Positions 42,478-55,589 of a DNA stretch of 64,000 nt are shown here, piece by piece (the stretch's first letter is position 1; every line of letters starts with the position of its first letter). This DNA comes from Octopus vulgaris (taxonomy: Eukaryota). The position numbers and the translations under genes are program-made. The stretch spans positions 44,020,001 to 44,084,000 of the forward strand of contig OX597837.1 in NCBI GenBank assembly GCA_951406725.2. The letters run 5' to 3'. The notes under the pieces were generated by a model, which saw only the letters and a program-made list of their open reading frames with translations, was not told the DNA's origin and did not search any database.

Positions 42478-42589
42478 ATTTAGGAATGGTCATTTTGCCA
42501 GTTTAGCCAATAAAAACACACGCACTATATATTTGGTGTTACTTTGCTTCAGTATTATTTATTTTTTACATTAATCTTAATCTTATTTC

Positions 42590-42633
42590 GGCCAGAGTTC
42601 TTTCGTCACACTCCTGTGACCGCATCAGTGGTC
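42590..42633 (-). ncRNA. Variant hammerhead-like motif
   Basis: CCA-CTGATGCG-GTCAC(AGGAGT)GTGAC-GAAAG-AA-CTC-TGG; conserved A9 replaced. Confidence 0.4.
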
Positions 42634-42708
42634 CTTTGCTTTCTTTTTCTTATTTGTGTGTCTCTCCTTACTAACCGTCAGCAATTTTGTATTACTATTG
42701 TATTGTTA

Positions 42709-42805
<97 letters not shown>

Positions 42806-42844
42806 TTATATATATATATCGTTCTTTAACGAGTATAGTATTGT

Positions 42845-43815
42845 CAGTAACGACGGAGTTTCGGCCAGCAAACCCATTATCAGACTGTAATTCAATTAAA
42901 TTTATCTTCGTTTTATATTGTCTCTGTTAAGTTAAAAAATTTTATAGGGTAACCTGAATTCTGCTGGATAATAATTATGCTGTAAAGTAAGTTGTGAGGG
43001 CTAGATGTTATGAATAATTTTTATTGATTAAAGATAGAGAAGTTCTAACTGTTAGAATCTATTCATGCACGTAAAGATCTGTAATTTAATGTGTATGTTT
43101 AGGTGTGTCATCTTCAGGTCATAGGTGTTCACGAAAGAATATAGTTAGATTGTTGGACAGCATAGCTGTCACTTGGTTTGGTTGTCGTTGGTTTTATTTG
43201 AATGATAGTTCATTATCAGATAGAGTCTGAGAAGATTCTATATCGGAATTGGCACAAACCTACTTTGAGACTTTGGTATTTGAATGTTAAATCTTAGAGT
43301 TCACCCCAGTGTTTGACTTCCGTATTTAGGTATGATACTTGATATGTCAGCCTTTAAGGGATTGGTATTTAAGGGTCCACAAAAGAATGTAATTATACGG
43401 TAAGGTTTAGTTAGTTAGCAGTTTAGTATTATTTAAGGCTTTTCAGTTATTTTATAAAGAAGGTGTTGGATATCACTTTAAAATGTCACAGTGACACTAG
43501 TTAGGAAAATTTGTTAATTAAATTTTTAAATATTCACGAGAGTAAGTAGGTAGGCTTAAAAGTTGTTGGTCAGCAAATTTGACTCTGGGGGATCGTTGTT
43601 CTAGAAAATATTGAGTTGTTATTTACACGTTTTAACGTATGCATTTATAGAAGTAAAGTTTATAGGTTGTTTTTTTTTTAATATTTTCTATATTTGGTTC
43701 CAATTTTTAACTTAACAGACACTATATAAAACGAAGATGAACTTTAAGGAATTATAGTCCGATGATGGCTTCGCTAGCGTAACTGGCTTAGATGTCGAAC
43801 TTCGAAGTCACTGTC
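42845..43815. mobile_element. Decayed Penelope-like remnant bounded by two outward-facing hammerhead-like motifs of one family
   Basis: Minus 42845-42887 CAGT-CTGATAA-T-GGGTTTGCTGGCC-GAAAC-TCCGTC-GTT-ACTG; plus 43754-43815 ATAGT-CCGATGA...GAAC-TTCGAA-GTC-ACTGT. Confidence 0.6.
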
Positions 43816-44137
43816 AGTAATTTTGTACTCTTCCAAATGTATTGAGTAATCCTCCGATTTAACGTAAAGTTGTTTTATCAAAGCATAAAAACAAACGTAT
43901 ATAGCTGTAGTGAACTTCAGCCCATTTATGTTAAGCATGTATGTATGTATGTATGTATACATGTATGTATGTATGTATGTATGTATGTATGTATGTATGT
44001 ATGTATGTATGTATGTATGTATGCATGCATGTATGTATGTATGTATGTATGTATGTATGTATGTATGTATGTATGCATGTATGTATGCATGTATGTATGT
44101 ATGTATATACATACATATTTACGTACCTACGTACGTG

Positions 44138-44408
44138 TGTGGAGGCGTGTGGCTTAGTGGTTAAGGTGTTGGACTCATGATCATAAGATTGTGGTTTCGA
44201 TTCCTGGCCTAGGCGACGCGTTGTGTTCTTGAGCAAAACACTTCATTTCACGTTGCTCCAGTCCCCTCAGCTGGCAAAAATGAGTAATTCTGTGACGGAC
44301 CGGCGTCCTGTCCAGGTGGGAAATATATATATATATATATATATATATACGCAATTGAAACCGGGAAACCGGTCGTCATGAGCCTGGTATGGCTCGAGAA
44401 GGAAACAG
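44138..44408 (+). mobile_element. tRNA-derived SINE family D
   Basis: GTGGAGGCGTGTGGCTTAGTGG head, GTTTCGATTCC B-box; related copy on minus at 52225-52477. Confidence 0.88.
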
Positions 44409-44462
<54 letters not shown>

Positions 44463-44468
<6 letters not shown>

Positions 44469-44599
44469 TTTATTCAAAGCAGCAGAAAATTCAGCAAAAC
44501 CTGTTACTCTGAGTTTCCCGTCGGACAGTTTTTGCTAGCAACGTGAAACTCAGAGTAACAGGTTTTGCTGAATTTTCTGCTGCTTTGAATAAAGCATAT
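44463..44599. repeat. Perfect 55-bp inverted repeat (27-nt spacer) whose inner ends are hammerhead 3' halves
   Basis: Arms 44463-44517 and 44545-44599; each starts GAAAC-TCAGA-GTA-ACAG. Confidence 0.92.
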
Positions 44600-44666
44600 T
44601 ACTCTACCACTGGTATTTGAGTACTCTTTTTTCCAACCTTGTTTCACATTTATGTGTTTACTCCGG

Positions 44667-44776
<110 letters not shown>

Positions 44777-45329
44777 TGTGTCTGTGTTTGTCCCCCCAGC
44801 ATCCCTTGACAACCGATGCTGGTGTGTTTACGTCCCCGTAAACTAGCGGTTCGGCAAAAGAAACCGACAGAATAAGTACCAGGCTTACAAAGAATAAGTC
44901 GACTAAAGGCGGTGCTCCAGCATGACCACAGTCAAATGACTGAAAACAAGTAACAGACTAAAAGAGTAAAGAGTACACACATATATACATATACATATCT
45001 CTGTGTGTTCGTGTGTATACATATGCTCATAGTGTATGACCTACAGTGTTAGTACTGCCGGGCATTTAGTCGTTATAATTGCCTGCAATATTCATGGCAC
45101 CGCATTCTATCTGTCGGGAAACAAAGGAATATAAACACGATGACACGTTGACTGGAAATGCCAAAGAGCCCCGGCTTAGATTCCAGTTTGATTTCTAATA
45201 TAGTTCTTTGATATTATGAGACTTTCTGGTTATGCTTACGTATGCGTGTATGCATAAATCTATGTATGCGAATATATATGTACATACATATGTGTGTGTG
45301 CGTGTGTATGTGTGTGTATGTGTGTGTGT

Positions 45330-45381
<52 letters not shown>

Positions 45382-45686
45382 GTGTTATGTAATTGTGTTT
45401 GTGTAGGCAAAGTCGACCTCGGTGGAATTTGACTCGGTTTTTTACGTTCCGAGTTCGAATTCCGCTGAGGTCGCCTTTACCTTCCATCCTTTCGGGCTTC
45501 TTTCCTGATATAAGTACCAGTTGAGTACTGGGGTCGACTCACCCGAACTTGCTGGCTTTGTGTCAAAATTTGAAACCTCCATCATCATCATCATCATCAT
45601 TTATTTATTAATTATTATTACTATTATTATTATTATTATTAATATTATTATTATTATCATCGTCATCATCATCATCATCATCAATG

Positions 45687-45748
<62 letters not shown>

Positions 45749-46121
45749 CCTTTCTTCATTAGCCACAAAGGCCGACAAAAATAAGATTGGCCATTAAAAA
45801 ACACGAAGGACGAAGTGGGGGTTAGGATAAAGTGTCGTGTAAAAAGATTGTTGACAATCTTTATTCTTTTATTCACTGATCATAATCTCTTTCATAATGA
45901 GAAAATGATCATGAACAGTGAAAAAGGAGAAAAAATGAAGGCCTTTTATTTTGTGCCTGAGAGCTTCTGTAGCACAGATGGTTACAAGAGTACACGGTAA
46001 TTTTCTTACAACTTTATAACGATCAAACTACACACATACACCCACACACACACACACATAGACACACACACGTTCGCACACATACACATAGATGTATAAA
46101 TGTGTGTGTTTGTGTATATAA

Positions 46122-46320
46122 AGTTAATCCAAACAAGAAAACAAAAATACAACAACGCAAGGACGTGGAACAAATAAAGTATTATTGGACGCTCAGGAAA
46201 GAAGGGAAGAAGGTGGGTTTTGACGTTTCGAGCGGAGCTCTTCGTCGGAAACATAGGAGAAGGAAAGATCCCGAGAAGGGAAGACAGGGGAAAAAAATCG
46301 CTAGTGATACAGACGAGGTA
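46122..46320 (-). mobile_element. Short non-coding element (family H1) with a minimal hammerhead at 46217-46252
   Basis: GTTT-CCGACGA-A-GAGC(TCC)GCTC-GAAAC-GTC-AAAAC; 3' end TTTGGATTAAC adjoining TA-rich sequence. Confidence 0.85.
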
Positions 46321-46440
46321 AGGATAGATAGATAAATAGATATACACATATATGTGAGTGTATGCACATATACAAGTATATCTACATATACTTATGCATA
46401 TATATATATATATGCATGTATACAGTTTTTATACGTATAT

Positions 46441-46485
<45 letters not shown>

Positions 46486-46565
46486 GTGTGTGCATGTATG
46501 TAAGTGTATTCTCCCTCCCGTCTCTCTCTCTCTCTCTCTCTCTCTCATCCGCCAAAAATATATAT

Positions 46566-46597
<32 letters not shown>

Positions 46598-46627
46598 ATA
46601 ATATATATATTATATATATATATAAAA

Positions 46628-46709
<82 letters not shown>

Positions 46710-46954
46710 ATGCATACACACACACACGCGCGCACACACTCACGCACACACATGTTACACATACATACAAGCATACATATATACACATGCACATACATAC
46801 ACAGATGCGAATACATTTATAAAGTATCGCAGTCATAACGTGAAAGGGATATTTTAGGCCTCAAATATTGTTAAGTTAAAATGGCGTTCCTTGACATTTG
46901 CAACCAAGGCGCCATTATTATTTATTTTTATTACAATCATTATCGTTATTATTA

Positions 46955-47031
<77 letters not shown>

Positions 47032-47549
47032 AGCCATAATACAGAACAATAATCGTTTGCCTACTAAAGGAGGACGTGTCCTTGTTCGCTCCCAAAAATT
47101 TCACTCGCGGCACTCGGAAGCAATATAATAATAACAATAATAATAATAGTAATAATGATGATGATGGTGATGATGATGATGGTGATGATGTTGATGATGA
47201 TTTTTTTATTTTTGCCACAAGGCCCCCAAGACATGAAGGACAATATCAAAGGATGAGATACATCAAATAATTATAATAACAATAATAATAACAATTATAA
47301 TGATGATGGTGGGGGGAGGGAATGGTGGTGGTGGTGATGGTTGCAGCGGCGGCGGTGGTGGTGGTGGCAGCGGCGGCGGTGGTGGTGGCGGTGGCGGTAG
47401 TGGTGGTGGTGGCGGCAGCGGCGACGGTGGTGGTGGTAGTGATGATGATAATGATGATGATGATGATGACGAGGACGAGGAGGAGGATGAGGAGCACAAC
47501 AATAACAACATCAACAACTGCAACAGCCGTAACACCAGCCAACAACCAC

Positions 47550-47661
<112 letters not shown>

Positions 47662-48589
47662 ATACAAGAAACAAAAAAGATAAAAGTTGAATGGATAAAA
47701 AATTTTTGGGAGTTTCTTCTAGTAAATAGTTCGGCATTTGGCTCGACACTCATCATCCATTGTCTTTGAGGGTTCCATCTGTCGATGGGTGTGAGTATGT
47801 GTATCCGTATGTGCGTATATCTGTGTGTGTATGTGCGTGCGTGCGTGATTATGTATGTATGTGATGTATGTATTCATTTGTCTGAAAGGTGGGGTTCTAT
47901 GTTTACCTTAGCATATTTGTTTCATGGGTCTAGATTGTGTGTTTGTACATTATTACGGCATTGCCGGGTTTTTACAGGGGTGTGGAATGGCAGAATCGTT
48001 TGTGCGTCGAACAAAATTGCAGTATTCGTATGAGCTCTATACGTACGTAGTTCAAACCCTGGTATGGCGAGGTCAACATTGACTTTCATACTTGTTGCAT
48101 CGATAGAAGTATCAATCAATCGGAGGTGGGGAGTCGATATAATCGTCTGTTCCTCTGTATGTGTGTGTGTGTGTACGTGCGTGTGTGTGTATGTGTGTGT
48201 ATGCGCGCATGTGCGCGAGTGTTTGTGGGTGTGTGTTAGTTTTGCAAAAATTCTTGATGCAAGGGGTATATGGTTGTTTAAGGGTTATGCGGGATAAATT
48301 GCGAAAATAACTCTAACAGTTCAAATACTAAGAAATAAGCATACTCAATTTCATATATACCAAATAATTTAGGAAAATGAATGGGTTATTTCCCTTGGTT
48401 ATATATAAGGATCCCTTCCAGGGGCCCTATTTTCGATTTTTTTTTTTTTTCTCAACAATCTGAGTATGGCATGAGGTTCCCAGACATAAGTCTTACTAAC
48501 GTATCAAGTTTCACCAAGATCGATAAAACGATGTAGGAGGAGTTAGCTAACAACTCCACAGACAGAATTTCCCACATATGTAGTATGTA

Positions 48590-48757
48590 TATGTCTTCCC
48601 TTCTCTGGATCTTTCCTTCTCCTATGTTTCCGACGAAGAGCTCCGCTCGAAACGTTAAACCCTCCTTCTTCCCTTCTTTCCTGAGCGTCCAATAATACTT
48701 TATTTGTTCCACGTCCTCGCGTTGTTGTGTTTTCTCTTTGTGTTTTCTTGTTTGGAT

Positions 48758-48761
<4 letters not shown>
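48590..48761 (+). mobile_element. Family H1 element with a minimal hammerhead at 48626-48660
   Basis: GTTT-CCGACGA-A-GAGC(TCC)GCTC-GAAAC-GTT-AAAC; runs into (TA)n. Confidence 0.85.
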
Positions 48762-48828
<67 letters not shown>

Positions 48829-48953
48829 ATATGCATGTACGAATGAATATATGTATCCAAATAGGTATGCATGTCTTTCCAAATATATATATATATATAT
48901 ATATATAAATATATATATGTGTGTGTGTGTGTGTCTATATGTATGTTTGAATG

Positions 48954-49008
<55 letters not shown>

Positions 49009-49023
49009 ATATATGTATGTATG

Positions 49024-49068
<45 letters not shown>

Positions 49069-49324
49069 TAAATGCATACGTATAGACGATGTAAGGGGTG
49101 CGACTTGGGTGAGTTGGAAATTGGGGGTGGGAAAGGGGTCGCAGACGCTAATAAACTGTGTTAATTGGTGTTATTATCGATATTTTCTGAAATGAGACCA
49201 AATTCCAAATTTGAGACTAGCAACATATTTCTATTTGCGTCGTTGATTTTGTTATTGTTGTTGATATTATCGTGCTCTGTCTGTCTGACTGACTGAGTCT
49301 CTCTCTTTCTTTCTTTCTTTCTCT

Positions 49325-49358
<34 letters not shown>

Positions 49359-49396
49359 GCTTTCTGTCCCTGTGCATATATACATACATACATGTG

Positions 49397-49428
<32 letters not shown>

Positions 49429-49587
49429 CGCACACACACAAACATAACACATATTTATATGTGAATATATATACATATGAGAAGGATGACCACTATGTGG
49501 ACAACCCTTATGCTAGAAGTAGATCCGCTATGATGTTACCACTAAGAAATATTCTCAAGAAAATTTAGCAAACACCAGAACGCTAAC

Positions 49588-49634
<47 letters not shown>

Positions 49635-49635
49635 G

Positions 49636-49725
49636 TTGTTCATAGTGACATCAAAGTTTCGGCCAGCTAAGCTATCATCGGACTTTTGGATGACGGGTTA
49701 GCTGGCCGAAAGTCACTGTCAACAA
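49636..49725. repeat. Fold-back of two head-to-head hammerhead-like units
   Basis: Perfect 14-bp arms 49657-49670 and 49698-49711; minus strand AGT-CCGATGA-T-AGCTTAGCTGGCC-GAAAC-TTTGAT-GTC-ACT. Confidence 0.8.
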
Positions 49726-49930
49726 GATTGTTGTATATGAATATTAAATATATTCTATATACATACGTAAGGCGCAGGAATGGTTGTGTGGTAAGTAGTT
49801 TGCTTACCAAACTACATGGTTCCGGGTTCAGTCCCACTGTGTGGCACCTTGGGCGAGTGTTTTCTACTATAGCCTCGCGCTGACCAAAGCCTTGTGAGTG
49901 GATTTGGTTGACGGAAACAGAAAGCCCGTC

Positions 49931-49967
<37 letters not shown>

Positions 49968-50397
49968 TGTGTGTGTTTGTGTGTCTGTGTTTGTCTTCCC
50001 AACATCGCTTGACAACCGATGCTGGAGTGTTTACGTCCCTGTAATTTATCGGTTTGGCAAAAGAGACCGATAAAATAAATACTAGGCTCACAAAGAATAA
50101 GTCCTGGGGTCGATTTCCTCGACTAAAGGCGGTGCTCCTGCATGGCCATAGTCAAATGACTAAAACAAATAAAAGAATAAAAGAATGCATTCATACATAC
50201 ATACACACACACATATATACATATACATATAAACAATGGGCTTCTTTCAGTTTCCATCTACCAAATCCACTCACAAGGCTTTGACAAAAGACACGAGGCT
50301 ATAGAAGAAGACACTTGCCCAAGGTGCCACGCAGTGAGACTGAACCTGGAACCATGTGGTTGGTAAGCAAGCTACTTACCACACAGCCGCTCCTGTG

Positions 50398-50483
<86 letters not shown>

Positions 50484-50485
<2 letters not shown>

Positions 50486-50539
50486 AGCTAATGAAGTTCA
50501 TTACACAGTTTCTTATTCCCTTGCTAATTATTTAATTTG

Positions 50540-50614
<75 letters not shown>

Positions 50615-50619
50615 TGTAG

Positions 50620-50675
<56 letters not shown>

Positions 50676-50750
50676 CAAATTAAATAATTACAAGGGAATA
50701 AGAAACTGTGTAATGAACTTCATTAGCTTACAGTTGTTTCTGCTATAAGG
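50484..50750. repeat. Inverted repeat of about 60 bp flanking a (TA)n tract; one arm carries a hammerhead 3' half
   Basis: Arms 50484-50543 and 50672-50730 (1-nt indel); minus strand GAAAC-AACT-GTA-AGCTAATG. Confidence 0.85.
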
Positions 50751-51955
50751 TGCTTTGACGCTGCACTCGTTTGTGTGTATGCACGTACATACATACATAC
50801 ATATATGCATCCGTGTGTGCGCGCGTGCGTGTGCATACTCTTTTCTGTTTATGATTATTTAAATTCTTCCTTTGAAGAAGGATCTAGTTTCTAAAAGCTC
50901 CATCATTGGAACGAAAACAATGTCACATTTTAAACCTGAGAAAAGTCTTACATTGTTTTATGTTCTGCTTACAGATTGTATTGTAATGTACGAATCAACT
51001 GTGTGATTTCTTTTTCTGAAAAATCTAACATTTACTTCGAAAACCAAGTGCGCCTTTTATTATTGGTATAAATGTAAATTTAATAAAATTTTAAAGAGAT
51101 GCAGCACTGATTTTTGTCAGTGGACAGGTCACGGTTTTAAAGCGACGAAAATATTTTGACAAGTTAAAACTTAAATGTTGAAGTGAATCGAACGGCTTTT
51201 GTGTGTTTCTTAAATGGCTTACAAACACCTTCCACGCTGCAATTGTTTTCGTTTCAGCACACGATCTCAGATCAAATCACTTGCTATGCGAGTACATCTC
51301 TGTAAATTTAATCCGGATATAGAAGTTGGAGGTTTCGAAGCAATTGTCTGTAATTATCTTCTTTCTCTTAGATTTTCAAAGAGATGATCGAATCAGCAGG
51401 ACATCTGAATCTATGACGACACATACTTTTTCTTGTCCGACCCAAACAACAATATCTGGCCTGTTATGCTTACATTTAACACACGTCTGTGATTCGCAAT
51501 GATCCGGCAAGAGACTGCTAGCTATATGCAATGATAAATCATTTTTTCACTCTGTGGTTTTTGTAAATCCTGTCCATGTACGATATCACTGCAGAGACGA
51601 ATGGTGCTTACTTCTCAGTCAAATGTCAACAGTACGGTAAGCTATCAACTTAGCATTTAGATCAGAAAGTGTTATTCAGATCTCGTACAGAGTTGTATTT
51701 TCGTAATTAAACAGGCGCAGACGTGGCTGTGTGGTAAGAAGCTTGCTTCCCGACTAAATGGCTCCGGGTTCAGTCCCACTGCGTGACACCTTGGTCAAAT
51801 ATCTATAAAAGCTTTCACTTTTATATAAATACCTAACGAAGACTGGTGGGAATATTACAGATAAATTCCTCTATTTACATAATATCGAGGTCTCATTCAT
51901 TCTTTTGTTGTTATACCATTACTTTTAATATGTGTGTGTATATGCATGCATGTAT

Positions 51956-52043
<88 letters not shown>

Positions 52044-52489
52044 TATATAGGAGTGGTTGTGTAGTAAGTAGCTTGCTTACCAACCACATGATTCCAGGTT
52101 CAGTCCCACTGCGTGGCACCTTGGGCAAGTGTCTTCAACAATAACCACGGGCCGATCAAAGCTTTGTGAGTAGATTTGGTAGGCAGAAACTGAAAGAAAC
52201 CCGTCGTATATATAAAATAATAATAAATGCGCCCTTTCTTAAAAGCCTAGCCAGGCTCATGGGCCCGGTTTCCCGGTTTCAATGGCGTATGTGTTCCCCA
52301 GCTGGACGGGACGCTAGTCCATCGAAGCGTTACTCATTTTTGCCAGCTGAGTGGACTGAAGTAAGATGAAATGAAGTGTTTTGCTCAAGAACACAACGCG
52401 TCGCCCGGTCCAGGAATCGAAACCACAATCTTATGATCAAGGTGCTTCCACCCTAACCACTAAGCCACGCGCCTCCATATATATATAGA

Positions 52490-53476
52490 TCCAGGGGATC
52501 TAATGCACTTGGCTTAGACTTCCCGTGGCGGGCTGCCCATATCGGAGCAATCTCAAGATTAATCAGCCGAAATTGCTAAGATGATCTGGTTCTTGACTGA
52601 TGACTGAGGGCTTCGAATGTCCCGTCCTGTGGTTCTTGTGTCGTCTCTGTGGTGTTTCATGTTCTTGTCCATGTCTGTAATTATTTTTACTGTTTACCTA
52701 TATAATCGGCGGCTACGTATCCACAATTGTCCTTATACGATAAGTATATTTTTTTCTCAAGCATTGATACGACTCTTAATCTTTCTTTCTCTCTCTCTCT
52801 CCTCCCTTATTCCCCCTCCTTTCTTTCCCTCTCCATCCGTTTCCCCCCCCCTTCTACGTTTCTCTATCTCTCTCACCTCCAGCCCCCTCGATCTGTCTCT
52901 TTCTTCTCCTCCCTCGTCCACCTTCTCTCTCTTTTCATCTGTCCCTTTCTCTTGTCTTTTGTTCTCACGTGACCGCTGACCGCTGTTGAGCGCTCTTTTC
53001 GTTCCAGCAGCCGTTGAAGCAACACGTACTTGTTCGTCTCCCTGTGGCCATTAGGCACAACTTCATAAGCCAGCCCCATGCTCAATTCGTCCTGTCGAAA
53101 GACCCTTGTCCTACGTCCTGGTTTTGTTTTGTTGTTTATTTTTTATACTTTATTTTTACCGTTATTGTTTTTACGTTTTTGTATTCTTATTGTTGTCACG
53201 TATTCTGTATTTTTGTTCGTGTACTTCGTTCGTTTTCCGTCCTCGTGTTGTATACATTCGAAGCTTTCTTCCAGGGGATCTAATGCACTTGGCTTAGACT
53301 TCCCGTGGCGGGCTGCCCATATCGGAGCAATCTCAAGATTAATCAGCCGAAATTGCTAAGATGATCTGGTTCTTGACTGATGACTGAGGGCTTCGAATGT
53401 CCCGTCCTGTGGTTCTTGTGTCGTCTCTGTGGCGTTTCATGTTCTTGTCTATGTCTGTAATTATTTTTACTGTTTA

Positions 53477-53484
<8 letters not shown>
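52490..53484 (+). mobile_element. Non-coding element with 215-bp terminal direct repeats (780-bp period) inside (TA)n; pLTR/retrozyme-like
   Basis: 52490-52704 and 53270-53484 differ at 2 positions; diverged solo pieces at 60065-60200 and 60790-61015. Confidence 0.8.
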
Positions 53485-53520
<36 letters not shown>

Positions 53521-53521
<1 letters not shown>

Positions 53522-53904
53522 TAGCAGTATCGCCCGGCGTTGCTCAGGTTTGTAAGGGAAATAACTATAAAGCATTTTTAGAGAGTTATAGCCAAAAAAA
53601 TAGCAAAAAAATGGAAAAAAAATTATGGTAAATTTTTTTGAGAGTTAAAAAAGGTGGAGTTGCGTCCCCTAGACGGTCTGTGGTTTGGGTTTCTGATTTT
53701 CGACCCCATGTCGAATTTATCGATTTTTTTCAGAACTGGGGGAACTTTTCAAAATTTTCGCTGCGTTAGTTTTGAATTATGACATTGGGCTATGTGTGTG
53801 TCAATTTTCATCAGAATCGGTTGAAAGCCGTGGTCAGAGTGAGGGTACGAGAAAACAGACACACAGAAAACGCACAGACAAACTGCCGTTTATATAGAGA
53901 GAGA
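53521..53904 (-). mobile_element. Non-autonomous Helitron
   Basis: A|TC start, 3' hairpin CCTGAGCAACGCCGGG and CTAG|T end shared with 16005-16400. Confidence 0.85.
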
Positions 53905-55589
53905 TAAATATGTGTGTGTGTGTGTTTGTGTGTGTCTGTTTGTCCACCCCACTATCGCTTGACAACCGGTGTTGGTGTGTTTACGACCCCATAGGTTAGC
54001 AGTTCGGCAAACCATATCAATAGAATAAATACTATGTTTACAAAGTGTGAGTGCCGATTTGTTCGACTAAAGGCGGTGCTCCAGCATGGCCACAGTCAAA
54101 TGACTGAAAGAATAAATTTATATATATATATATTATATATGCATGTATGGACCTGTGTGTGTGTGTGTGTGTTTGTGTGTGTGCGTGTTTGTGTGTATGT
54201 GTAATTTGAAGAATAAATAAATTACTTGGAAATTAATTTGTAATTAAGATGGCGTGATAAGTGAAACAAACGTTGTTTTATAGAAACATATCCGTGAATG
54301 TAAGTTTCTGATCGTTGTTGAATCGGCAGCAGATCTGGCGGTGGTCCTTTTTGCTGTAGTTGTAGGAACGTAGTATGAAATGTCACAACGACTGTGTTAG
54401 GAATGGTCTCATCCCCAGTGAGACATAGGTGGGGGAAGGGGGGAAGGAGATAGGGGGAGATGGAGAGAAAGGGGAAAGAGAGAGAGAGAGAGAAAGAGAG
54501 AGTCGAATGAGATTTTGGTCTAACGATGTTGGTGGTGGTGATGATGATGATGATGATGGTGATGGTGATGGTGATGATGATGATGGTGTTGGTGGTGGTG
54601 GTGGTGGTGGTGGTGAGGAGGAGGAGGAGGAGGAAGGGGAAGAGGAAGAGGAGGGTAGAGGAGGAGCTTGAAGATGGGGAAAATAAAGAGGATGAGGATG
54701 AAGTGGAGGAGGAGAATGAGCAGGAGTATGAAGGGGAAGACAATGTCGATGATTACGATAGTAACGATGATAACGGCGACGGTGGTGACTGCGATGACGG
54801 CGACGACGGCGACGATGATGACAAATGACGGTGATGGTGATAACCATGACGATGATGAAAATGATGACGATGACCAAGGCAACGACGATGATGTTGATCG
54901 TCGTCATCACCATCATCATCATCATGATACGGCAGACGATCGAATAGAAGAGGTGACGGAAGATGAGTAGGAGAAGGAAGAGGAAGAAGATGATAAACAA
55001 CGAGGGAGAGAAAGACAAAGAGACGAAGGTTATGTCCAGGCGATGAGCGATCGGGGCAGCAACGCTATGCTTTGGTTTGTTGGGATTTCCGCTTTTTTCT
55101 TCTTCTTTTTTTTCATTTTTTTTGTTTGTTTGTTTGCTTTTTACTGTTGTTCTTTTTCTTTTATTTTTTTTCCTTGTCTTTTGTCTTTCTTTGTTTTTTT
55201 TCTGGAAACGAAAAGCACCGAGAGGCATTTCATTTCCACAGAGTCACCGTCGAAATGTCCTTCTGAAGGCTCATGGCTGGCGACATTTCGACATTTTTGC
55301 AGAATTCAGTTAACAGGAAGTCTATTGTTCCTTTGAAAGAAATCTGACATACGATTTACTGGTACAACAAAAACAACAGTAACAACAGCTCGGAGACTCA
55401 ATGGCCCAGTGGTTAGAGCAGCGGACTCGCGGTCGTAAGAACGTGGTTTCAATTCCCAGACTGGGCATTGTGAGTGTTTATTGAGCAAAAACACCTAAGC
55501 TCCACGAGGCTCCGGCGAGGAGGGGTGGTGGTGAACCCCGCTGTACTCTTTCACCACAACTTTCTCTCACTCCTTCTTCCTACTTCTGC

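Noticed and set aside
52497-52560. Twister ribozyme (CUAAUGCA start)
   Set aside because: Lacks the conserved P4 loop (AAGC) and downstream pseudoknot partners
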